A DNA stretch of 14,691 nt from Candidatus Methanomethylicia archaeon (GTDB lineage: Archaea > Thermoproteota > Methanomethylicia > CALHIW01), in contig JAWBQF010000047.1 in assembly GCA_038845975.1 (NCBI GenBank), positions 1-14,691 of the forward strand, read 5' to 3'. The notes below the pieces were generated by a model. It saw only the letters and a program-made list of their open reading frames with translations. It was not told the DNA's origin and did no database searches. Position 1 is the stretch's first letter. Each line of letters opens with the position of its first letter. The translations under genes were made by a program, and so were the position numbers. Shown piece after piece: positions 5,954 to 13,520 of this stretch.

Positions 5954-7158
5954 TGCCTAGATATTTGGTTGAGTTTTATCCAAATAAGCAAGAAGAAGTA
6001 TATAAAAGTCTTAAGAGTTTAGGTTTAACTCCACTAAGAAAAATTGCAGGAAAGTATTGGTCTGTAGAAGCTACTAAAGACTTAGTTCAAAAAATTGAAT
6101 CTATACCAGGTGTTATAAGGGTAATTGAGGAGAAAACATATCATATAGCATCTTTACCAATAGAGTTAAAGCTAGCTAAGTTTATAGAGATGGGAGGACC
6201 TTTAAATCCATTAGCATTGATATGGGCAGCTGGATTTAGAAAGGATAGATGGCCGACATCAGAATCGAGAAAGGTATTAGAGGCAAATATAGCAGATGAA
6301 ATTGGTATAAATGGGAAAGGAGTTAAAGTAGCTGTTTTAGATACAGGTTTTGATACCACTATCCAAAAGCCAGTAGTAGACTACATGGATTCAACACTTG
6401 AAGGAGATCCACTACCATTAGATAGTAATGGACACTCAACACATGTACTAACAACGATCTGCGGTAAAAGAATGCCAACACCATGGGGTTGGCTTGAGGG
6501 GATTGCTAAAGGAGTTCAAATAGCAACTATTAAATGCCTAGGATATGGAGTAGGAACTGCTAGAACTGCTGATGTAATAGAGGCAATTGCAAATGCATAT
6601 AATTGGGGTGCAAAGATAATTAACCTATCATTAGGAACTGACATAAATCCAGGTGAAACACATGATCCTGAAACTTGCCCACTATGTAACTTAATAACTG
6701 CATTGAGTAATAGAGGGGTTATATTCTGCGTTGCAACAGGAAACTCAGGTAAGGGATACGCAAGTTGCCCCGGAGCAAGCCCAGGAGCAATAACTGTTGC
6801 GGCCTTAAGGAAGGACCTATCCGTAGCAGACTTCTCATCAAGAGATCATCAAGTCTACACAAGTCTTAATAAGCCTGACGTAGGTGCTCCAGGGGTTGAT
6901 ACAGGCTCAAGTAGCACAGGCCTCATAGCGGCCATGGAATGGGTGGACGGCCCGAAGGTAGCATATATATCAGGATCAAGCATGGCAACGCCTCATTGTT
7001 CTGGCCTGTTCGCCCTATGGGTCGAGTACGCTAGGAGGAAAGGTGTTGAGCTGACTAGGGATGTTATTATGGATGTTATAGAACACTACTCTTATTGGAG
7101 GCCCGATGTTGGATACGGAGTCCCCAAGTTCTCGTGGATAGTTGACTACCTGAGGTGA
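5953..7158 (+). CDS. Subtilisin-family (S8) serine protease with N-terminal propeptide and no signal peptide
   Basis: Triad motifs VAVLDTG, NGHSTHV and SGSSMATPH; oxyanion ATGNSG; INLSLG; FSSR...KPDVGAPG; I9-like prodomain (YLVEF...IESIPGVIRVIEE). Confidence 0.95.
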   Translation: MPRYLVEFYPNKQEEVYKSLKSLGLTPLRKIAGKYWSVEATKDLVQKIESIPGVIRVIEEKTYHIASLPIELKLAKFIEMGGPLNPLALIWAAGFRKDRWPTSESRKVLEANIADEIGINGKGVKVAVLDTGFDTTIQKPVVDYMDSTLEGDPLPLDSNGHSTHVLTTICGKRMPTPWGWLEGIAKGVQIATIKCLGYGVGTARTADVIEAIANAYNWGAKIINLSLGTDINPGETHDPETCPLCNLITALSNRGVIFCVATGNSGKGYASCPGASPGAITVAALRKDLSVADFSSRDHQVYTSLNKPDVGAPGVDTGSSSTGLIAAMEWVDGPKVAYISGSSMATPHCSGLFALWVEYARRKGVELTRDVIMDVIEHYSYWRPDVGYGVPKFSWIVDYLR

Positions 7159-7162
7159 TCAT

Positions 7163-8002
7163 ATGTTGTTCAGCATTACTGTAAGGCTTCAGAGCGTTAA
7201 TCTTAGGAGACCTGAGTTCAACATCAAGAAAGGGTTGATGAGGCCATCACTATTTCCGTGGGCTCCTGTAGAGGTGGACAGTTCCAAAGCTATGAGCAGT
7301 GTTGCTGAGGTTGCACCGCTAGCACACGACGTTGTCGAATGGATGCACGTAGCGACGAGTGATTTAATAGTATTCAACGCTATGGAGGATGAGTACAACA
7401 GGCTCGGTAGTGAGCTAATATCATCATCTGGTGATGCATACATACCTGGCGTTAGGTGCGGTGATTTAAGGGGTGAGAGCGTGTCAGGATATACTGTTAG
7501 GTCTAGGGGCTATGGAACAGTTATAACTCCTGAGGGGTCCTTCAACGTACCTATTAGGGGTAAGACAACATTCGCTAAGGGAAGCGTAATTGCGTGGGCC
7601 GCCATACCAGACCCCGGGACAGGATGTCAGTGGGTCCTAACACTACTTCAGTGGAGGGACCTTGCTAGAGCACCTGTTAGGGATAGGGTTAGGTTCGGAA
7701 GCTCCTACGGATTAGTAGCACCTAACTTCTTCCTAATACCTCAGACAGTAGCACCGGTTAGAACTCTTAGGATTGGTATTACAAGTGATAAATCACAGAA
7801 GATTTTAATTAGGGGTAGGGGGACTAAGGGCTCATATGAGAGGGTGCTGTTTGAGGACTCATTCGAAGTAGATGCTGGTGAGAGCGAGGTAGTGTACAAC
7901 GTCTTATCATTCCCGTCAGTACCTGCATTCACGCTAGAGATACAGCCATCGGATAATACTCAAACAGTATTAGACTATATTGAAATATTACCACCATGGT
8001 GA
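7163..8002 (+). CDS. Beta-rich hypothetical protein (279 aa), possible structural protein
   Basis: GAGGTGA RBS; alternating hydrophobic beta pattern in the C-terminal ~100 aa; lies in a GC-elevated segment. Confidence 0.8.
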   Translation: MLFSITVRLQSVNLRRPEFNIKKGLMRPSLFPWAPVEVDSSKAMSSVAEVAPLAHDVVEWMHVATSDLIVFNAMEDEYNRLGSELISSSGDAYIPGVRCGDLRGESVSGYTVRSRGYGTVITPEGSFNVPIRGKTTFAKGSVIAWAAIPDPGTGCQWVLTLLQWRDLARAPVRDRVRFGSSYGLVAPNFFLIPQTVAPVRTLRIGITSDKSQKILIRGRGTKGSYERVLFEDSFEVDAGESEVVYNVLSFPSVPAFTLEIQPSDNTQTVLDYIEILPPW

Positions 8003-8319
8003 TTATAATGAAAATAAAACTACTACCCGAGGTAAATATACCTTTAATTAATGTAAGTCTACCATCTATTGAACTTCCAGAATTTCCTCCAAAGATTCCT
8101 AAACTTGATGAAAGACAAATTGATGTATTACGTTATGCAATAATGGATGATTTAGCTGATATAGTTCCATTCATAGGAGATGTACTTTCTGATATAGCTT
8201 ATGCTGAATTAAAGAAGAAACTAACCATTGATGAATATGAGCAATTTTTAAAAGATAATAAATGGCTTCCTTCTACTATAGCAGTATTGAAGACTTTTAC
8301 TGAACGGAAGACTTATTAA
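7996..8319 (+). CDS. Small Pro-rich protein with hydrophobic hairpin motif (probable start 8008)
   Basis: GGTGA RBS before the ATG at 8008; LP-rich N-terminus; DLADIVPFIGDVLSD motif. Confidence 0.75.
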   Translation: MVIIMKIKLLPEVNIPLINVSLPSIELPEFPPKIPKLDERQIDVLRYAIMDDLADIVPFIGDVLSDIAYAELKKKLTIDEYEQFLKDNKWLPSTIAVLKTFTERKTY

Positions 8320-8352
8320 GAAAGAAATATTGATTATATTTTGGTGGTTTGA

Positions 8353-8598
8353 ATGCCAGAGTTTGATTTAACAAAACCCCCACATAGAATTGCAGATGAA
8401 ATTTTAGACAGCTTAATTCACATACCTAAGGATCTATCTGAGACAATATCATCAGCAATAGATAAGGGACCACTAGGATCTACTGGTCCTCATAGAATGA
8501 TTGACAGCTTTGTTAAAGGTGTTGCAACAGCTATTGAAGATGTAGGTGAGGGAATAGCTAAAGCATTAGATATGCCAACAAAAGTGGTGAGAAAATAA
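8353..8598 (+). CDS. 81-aa amphipathic helical protein made of two internal repeats
   Basis: PHRxxD-x11-DxxExIxxAxD occurs twice; GGTGG RBS. Confidence 0.8.
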   Translation: MPEFDLTKPPHRIADEILDSLIHIPKDLSETISSAIDKGPLGSTGPHRMIDSFVKGVATAIEDVGEGIAKALDMPTKVVRK

Positions 8599-8906
8599 TG
8601 GATCTACCTAAGATATCTCAGTTCACAAAAGTTTTAGCAACACCAGAAGAATACTTAGAAAATATTATTAAGTCAACAATGGGAGTAGAAGTACCTCCTG
8701 GACCACAATCAGTTTTATTAAAGATTCAAACAGCAATAGAAAAAGGAGAAATGCCATCAATAGAAAGATTTATACCAACTATAAAAGCACCAAGATTACA
8801 AGATATATTATCAAGTATACCAAAAATACCAGAAATACAAACTGAAGTAGTACAAAAAACCGAAGAAATACAAAAAGTAAGAAAAGAAGAAACAATAGTA
8901 TTCTAA
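8598..8906 (+). CDS. Pro-rich hypothetical protein (102 aa)
   Basis: TAATG coupling; followed by an oligo-T tract at about 8929-8941. Confidence 0.78.
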   Translation: MDLPKISQFTKVLATPEEYLENIIKSTMGVEVPPGPQSVLLKIQTAIEKGEMPSIERFIPTIKAPRLQDILSSIPKIPEIQTEVVQKTEEIQKVRKEETIVF

Positions 8907-8959
8907 TCAAAATATAAAGATAAGTAATGTTTTTTCTATTTATAAGTAGTTATTTTTAT
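8907..8959. terminator. Probable terminator between convergent genes
   Basis: T-runs (8929-8935, 8953-8957) between the 102-aa gene and the reverse 52-aa gene. Confidence 0.45.
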
Positions 8960-9118
8960 CTAAAATGTTGGAGGTCTTCTTAATACCCCAGCCTTAATTA
9001 AAAGCTCTCTAAGTGCTTCAGCATAGCTCCTATAGTCAGATGCGTACCTTCTAAACGCTCTGTATAACTCATCATCGCATAATATATACAGCATCCTCTT
9101 ACTTATTTGCTTGGACAT
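8960..9118 (-). CDS. Unannotated 52-aa RHH-like DNA-binding protein MSKQISKRMLYILCDDELYRAFRRYASDYRSYAEALRELLIKAGVLRRPPTF
   Basis: Translated by hand. GGGAG RBS 6 nt upstream; strand (RMLYIL), helix (DDELYRAFRRYA), helix (SYAEALRELL); fills the only large gap in the right arm. Confidence 0.8.
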   Translation of the reverse strand: MSKQISKRMLYILCDDELYRAFRRYASDYRSYAEALRELLIKAGVLRRPPTF

Positions 9119-9179
9119 CTGAAACTCCCGAAATTTCAGGAATATATTTATAAGAGAAGGTTTAATATAAACTTATTGG
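9119..9179. promoter_or_regulatory. Compact bidirectional promoter with inverted repeat
   Basis: CTGAAA-n9-TTTCAG (9119-9139); ATATTTATAA at about 9144-9153, roughly 30 nt from both start codons. Confidence 0.55.
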
Positions 9180-9956
9180 GTGATGTTATTGTCTGAGAGA
9201 CCCGTACCTATAGAAGAAGTTCAAGCAGGAATACCCGTAGCAGCTCTTGAGAGAAGAACTGTAAGTTATGTAGATTTAAGTGATACAGAAAGGAAATGGG
9301 TTGAATATGTATTTAATTCAGGTGTAAAACATCTAAAAATTGTTGCACCTTCAATTGCAAGTGATATAGAAAGACAGAAGGATTTAGCAATAAGGATGGC
9401 TGGTGTTGCAAAAGCTACTTTCCCAGTTAGAAAGAACTACAACTTTCCAAGTGTTCCAGGTAGTTTAGGTGTTGCATGGTTATTCCCACAAGCAATAAAG
9501 TGGACTAAAACTCCAGATACATCTAATCCATGCTATACTAGTTATAAGGATAATAGTTGGGATATAGATGTAACAGCTGGTACTGCTGCATACTTATTAG
9601 GAGATGGAACAAACTTCTATAAAGCAAATCCAACTACAGAGCAACATACATTCATACTTATATTTGAGAATGGAGTAATAGAGGTTGGTTCAACACCAAC
9701 AATTGAACAATTCCACTTAATAAGTGAAGGTAAGAGAGATTATGGAATATATACAGTTGAGCCATTAGTAGATATACCAATTGAGAAAAATGTATCTATA
9801 TATCAGTATCCAACACCATTAGGAGCAGTTTTTGTAAGCCATGATAGAGGAATAATGTGGGGATTCATGCCAAGAACAAGTGGAACAAAGACAATAAAGC
9901 TACTTGGATTAGTCTTTTATGAACATGATTTCATGAGCAGATTGAAATGGATATAA
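9180..9956 (+). CDS. Candidate major capsid protein (N-terminal helices plus beta-sandwich/jelly-roll-like domain)
   Basis: The ORF itself is solid. Function is inferred from a dedicated promoter, pairing with a decoration-like protein, a strong terminator after the pair and a beta-rich C-terminal two-thirds. No homology search was run. Confidence 0.5.
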   Translation: MMLLSERPVPIEEVQAGIPVAALERRTVSYVDLSDTERKWVEYVFNSGVKHLKIVAPSIASDIERQKDLAIRMAGVAKATFPVRKNYNFPSVPGSLGVAWLFPQAIKWTKTPDTSNPCYTSYKDNSWDIDVTAGTAAYLLGDGTNFYKANPTTEQHTFILIFENGVIEVGSTPTIEQFHLISEGKRDYGIYTVEPLVDIPIEKNVSIYQYPTPLGAVFVSHDRGIMWGFMPRTSGTKTIKLLGLVFYEHDFMSRLKWI

Positions 9957-9967
9957 GGTGGTAGTAA

Positions 9968-10273
9968 ATGACAGTACTAGCTCTAACAGCTGATGGTAAG
10001 AAAATATCAGTAGTATCAGTTACTGGTCCATCATCATATACAGTAGGAGGATTTACAATAATAGTACCAGAGTTAGAAAGTATTCATTCAGTATTATATG
10101 CATTTATAACTGGAGGGTATAAAATCGGTGGATTATCAATAAGTAAAAATACTATTACAGTAACTATTCACTACTATAATTATCCAGCAACAGATGCTGG
10201 AACATCAGTTGAAATACCAGCTGGAACAGACCTAAGTGGACAAACAATAACTTTAGTAGTAATAGGAGTATAA
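9968..10273 (+). CDS. Capsid decoration/cement-like small beta protein
   Basis: GPSSYTVGG ... EIPAGTDLSGQTITLVVIG resembles the SY.TGG...E....DLS...G pattern I recall from proteins encoded just after capsid genes in prokaryotic viruses; AGGTGG RBS. Confidence 0.6.
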   Translation: MTVLALTADGKKISVVSVTGPSSYTVGGFTIIVPELESIHSVLYAFITGGYKIGGLSISKNTITVTIHYYNYPATDAGTSVEIPAGTDLSGQTITLVVIGV

Positions 10274-10312
10274 TTTTATCAATCTTTTTTTCTCTTTTTT
10301 TATTTTAATATT
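10274..10312 (+). terminator. Strong oligo-T terminator
   Basis: TTTTATCAATC followed by two long T runs directly after the stop codon. Confidence 0.7.
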
Positions 10313-10358
10313 TAACCAAAAATTTAAATTATCTTTAGATAAAATAGTACTTGGGAGA

Positions 10359-11147
10359 GTGATTGTATTGGATAAGAATATTTTAGACTCATATGGTCTA
10401 GTTACTGAGAACCAATTTATAGTTGTATATATTCCAGCTAGAATAACAGCACTTGTATTCAGAGTTAAAAGCAGGGTTAATAAAGGATATGAAGTATTAA
10501 ACTATGGTTCACTACCACTTATAGCAGGAGAGGTTATACCAACATACGAAGGTGGAAGTATAACTGTTCCAGCTGATGGTGTAATGCCTGCAAGATCATA
10601 TATACCAACTGGAAGAAGCTTTTCACTACATGGAGCATTTGATGAATCAGATATGTGGTATACTCATGAGGATGATAGAAATAGACTTTTCCATGTTATT
10701 CATATGGTTACACCTGAGTTCTTGAGAATAGATGTTCAAATACCAAAAGGTGTTACTCAGGGTAGATTTCAAGGAGATAGAGTTGTAACTGGAATTGATA
10801 AAGAATTTGGATTTACAAGGGGTAAAGTAGAGGTAGTACATATTCCTAGATTACGCTATGGCTATAGATGGGGAAATGATACAAATCTAACAGTAAGAAC
10901 ATTTGTTAAGTTCATCTATGGAGAATATATAGTTGAAATACCTAAAGACTCATCTCTTATATTCGATATTCTAACTAAGAAGATTCAAAGCCATTGGATT
11001 ACACTACCAATTAGTGTTTGGGATCCAGCAATTGAAGTAGCACTACAGTTAACATATGGCTTTACAGGATTCCCAATATATGGAATACATGAGAGGGATA
11101 AAGCAATAAGAGAGTATAATGATATACTTAAGTTGATTAAATTATGA
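10359..11147 (+). CDS. Beta-rich hypothetical protein (262 aa), possible second capsid/structural protein
   Basis: GGGAG RBS and TTTAAA box upstream; G/Y/V-rich beta pattern. Confidence 0.8.
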   Translation: MIVLDKNILDSYGLVTENQFIVVYIPARITALVFRVKSRVNKGYEVLNYGSLPLIAGEVIPTYEGGSITVPADGVMPARSYIPTGRSFSLHGAFDESDMWYTHEDDRNRLFHVIHMVTPEFLRIDVQIPKGVTQGRFQGDRVVTGIDKEFGFTRGKVEVVHIPRLRYGYRWGNDTNLTVRTFVKFIYGEYIVEIPKDSSLIFDILTKKIQSHWITLPISVWDPAIEVALQLTYGFTGFPIYGIHERDKAIREYNDILKLIKL

Positions 11148-11157
11148 GGTGATATAA

Positions 11158-11544
11158 ATGGGAGAGCTATTAGTATTAAGAGGAGAAACAACTGGTACTG
11201 ATACAAGTGGAGTTATTAATCTAGACTCAGATATATTATATACAACAGTTAGCTATGTCATAATACCAAAGGGTATAAAGTGTAGGATATGGTTTAAGAA
11301 TATTAGTGGTGAGGGAGAAACACTTTTCACACTTCAATATACATCTGATGTAACAGTACCTCAACCTATTTGGAAGGATATACAACAAGAAAAACTTACT
11401 TCTAAAGGTGAAATATCTATAGAGAAGCGTAGACCATTAGTACTAAGAGGATTAACAGGTAAAGAAGCATTTAGAATAACCTATAATCAACCAACTGCAA
11501 CCAAAGCCTATATAGAGCTTGGAGTTGAGATGGGTGAAGATTGA
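11158..11544 (+). CDS. Small all-beta protein (128 aa), putative structural
   Basis: GAGGTGA RBS; about 8 alternating-hydrophobic strands. Confidence 0.8.
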   Translation: MGELLVLRGETTGTDTSGVINLDSDILYTTVSYVIIPKGIKCRIWFKNISGEGETLFTLQYTSDVTVPQPIWKDIQQEKLTSKGEISIEKRRPLVLRGLTGKEAFRITYNQPTATKAYIELGVEMGED

Positions 11545-11662
11545 AGAGAATATATTAGAGGCTCTTAAGAAGGGAAAAATGGTTATAGTTAAAGGAGTAT
11601 GTGAGAGTAAAGTAAAGATAGAGTGTCCAAAGGATAAGATTGAAATAATAGTGAGGAGCTAA
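11534..11662 (+). CDS. Unannotated 42-aa protein MKIEENILEALKKGKMVIVKGVCESKVKIECPKDKIEIIVRS
   Basis: Translated by hand. GTG start overlaps the previous gene's end with GGAG upstream; stop lies 2 nt before the next ATG; fills the gap exactly. Confidence 0.65.
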   Translation: MKIEENILEALKKGKMVIVKGVCESKVKIECPKDKIEIIVRS

Positions 11663-11664
11663 AA

Positions 11665-12144
11665 ATGCCAAGTACAGGAGCAGTAAAAGTACCATTAATA
11701 CTTGAGCTACTTTGGATAATTGGAGATATAGAATTCCTCCATGATACTGGAACATATTATCTTCCTCCAGGTCTAGATATAACATTGAACTGGAGTCCTG
11801 AAGAGGATAACAAAGTATTTATTATATTTGCTATAACATTTGGTGAGCCTAGAAGACTTGATACAGGTGAAGTAGTTCATACAGATCAAATTGGATTCTG
11901 GCATAGAGGTCCAGGAATGAAACTACACTGGGATCCATTAGTTCAATCAATTACTAATATAACATATCCACATATAACCCCTACAACTAAGGAGAGTCCA
12001 TTTGAAATACGCTTTATTAATAGGACTAATATGATGGTATATCTTGATGTATCTGTATGGTATTTTGAATTAACTAAAAGTAAGTATAAAGAAATTGTTG
12101 ATTTTATAAGAGGTTTTATGAACTACTTCAGGAAAATAAAGTAA
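11665..12144 (+). CDS. Beta-rich protein (159 aa) with C-terminal amphipathic helix, putative structural
   Basis: GAGGAG RBS; beta pattern, then KYKEIVDFIRGFMNYFRKIK. Confidence 0.8.
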   Translation: MPSTGAVKVPLILELLWIIGDIEFLHDTGTYYLPPGLDITLNWSPEEDNKVFIIFAITFGEPRRLDTGEVVHTDQIGFWHRGPGMKLHWDPLVQSITNITYPHITPTTKESPFEIRFINRTNMMVYLDVSVWYFELTKSKYKEIVDFIRGFMNYFRKIK

Positions 12145-12187
12145 ACATTTTTTAGTTTGATTATCATAAATTCTACTGTGGTTTAAA

Positions 12188-12430
12188 TTGTATATTGATG
12201 AGGACTTAGTTGAGAGAGCTAAACATATTATGAATAGTCGACCTACTTATGTAATTGAAGAACCTATTTATGAACGATTAAATATTGATCCATTTATGAC
12301 AATTTTACTACTTCCATTCCTACCATTCATACTAATAGCTCAGGCTATTATTAAACCTAGAAGGAGACTACTTATAACTGAGATAGAAAAGACCCAAACT
12401 GGATATAGAATATTGGAGTATGAGATATAA
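12188..12430 (+). CDS. Small single-pass membrane protein (80 aa)
   Basis: Hydrophobic PFMTILLLPFLPFILIAQAII followed by KPRRR and a C-terminal beta hairpin. Confidence 0.75.
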   Translation: MYIDEDLVERAKHIMNSRPTYVIEEPIYERLNIDPFMTILLLPFLPFILIAQAIIKPRRRLLITEIEKTQTGYRILEYEI

Positions 12431-12921
12431 TGATTGATGAAGAAATACTGCTAGATATACTTAAGAAGAAGTTAGTAATTAGACCATGGATACCAATAGT
12501 TATTGCTGATATAATTAGTGAAAAGATTATACCAAAGCAACCTACTGTATCTTATCCACCTACAATACCTCAACCAGTAACTAGGATAGTTGATCTTAAA
12601 GAAATGCTAATCAGTAGAGACTTAACTCTATTAGATATAATGTATGGTGGAAAGCTTCATGAACTAATACTATGTTCAAATAATAAGAACTACTCAGTGA
12701 AGTTTATTACAGACAAAGTAGTTAGGATTGATAAGTCATTTACAGAGCTACAGTTAATAAGCCCATATATAGACACTATATCAGCATTTGAAGAGAATGG
12801 TAAGTTCATATTACATATTAAGGACTTCTCATGGGCTAACTCTGCTCATGTATCTATAATTGTTAAAGAGCCAATAACTTTTTATCAAATATTCATCAAA
12901 TATGATGAATTTATTAAATAG
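12430..12921 (+). CDS. Hypothetical protein (163 aa): Pro-rich linker plus beta-sandwich, putative structural
   Basis: TAATG coupling; composition. Confidence 0.8.
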   Translation: MIDEEILLDILKKKLVIRPWIPIVIADIISEKIIPKQPTVSYPPTIPQPVTRIVDLKEMLISRDLTLLDIMYGGKLHELILCSNNKNYSVKFITDKVVRIDKSFTELQLISPYIDTISAFEENGKFILHIKDFSWANSAHVSIIVKEPITFYQIFIKYDEFIK

Positions 12922-12973
12922 TACTAAATTTATATTTTTGAACTTAATATTATATTTTTGTGTGGTGTTGTGT

Positions 12974-13333
12974 ATGTCTAGCGTGGAGATTCTACATTAT
13001 TTAAAAAAGAATTTGGGAATAATTATTAAGAGGCTTGAGGAGAGCGGCGTTCTAGCGATTCCAACTGCCAGGGATCACTTATTTATTCCGGAGGTTGAGG
13101 TTGACGATACCGGAGTATCTCTCAACGTAAACGGCTTCCTACACTATATTAAGGTTCCAGCCGACTACCAACCAGTCAAATTTAACTTAGATAGACCGAT
13201 AACGGATAGAGAATACTCCGTAGTATATCCTGGCGTGGCTAAAATAGTATCTAGAGTAGCTAGAACCCTCTATCTTAAAGCTCCATCTGGTCAAAGAACG
13301 AAAGCTATCGTAGAGGTGCTTAAGTTTGGATGA
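12974..13333 (+). CDS. Small beta-sandwich protein (119 aa; start reassigned from 12902 to 12974)
   Basis: GGTG RBS before the ATG at 12974; 12922-12960 is AT-rich and promoter-like; C-terminus resembles the last domain of the 300-aa protein. Confidence 0.75.
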   Translation: MSSVEILHYLKKNLGIIIKRLEESGVLAIPTARDHLFIPEVEVDDTGVSLNVNGFLHYIKVPADYQPVKFNLDRPITDREYSVVYPGVAKIVSRVARTLYLKAPSGQRTKAIVEVLKFG

Positions 13334-13514
13334 AGTAATAGCTTTAATTAAAATGAGTGGAGGGGACTACGCCTTGATTTATCAAATAGCTAGAAACGAG
13401 AGAAAAACGGTTAATGAATGGATAATGACGTGTATTTTAGAAAAATTAGAAAGACTTCAGGAAGAATGGAGAGTTAAGCAAAAAATACAGGTTAATGAGG
13501 AGAGTAGGAGGTGA
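13326..13514 (+). CDS. RHH-like protein with C-terminal helix (62 aa)
   Basis: IALIKM strand, DYALIYQIARNE helix, TVNEWIMTCILEKL helix; GAGGTG RBS before TTG. Confidence 0.65.
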   Translation: MDEVIALIKMSGGDYALIYQIARNERKTVNEWIMTCILEKLERLQEEWRVKQKIQVNEESRR

Positions 13515-13520
13515 TAAGTT

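Noticed and set aside
5725-7932. Minus-strand ORFs 5725-5991, 6141-6359, 7189-7443 and 7741-7932
   Set aside because: S/F/L-rich antisense shadows of well-supported plus-strand genes.
10647-11785. Minus-strand ORFs 10647-10841, 10985-11206 and 11555-11785
   Set aside because: Antisense to the tightly packed plus-strand operon; no expression signals noticed.
12902-12973. Hydrophobic N-terminal extension of the 143-aa ORF resembling a signal peptide
   Set aside because: Encoded by AT-rich promoter-like sequence; the ATG at 12974 has a GGTG RBS.
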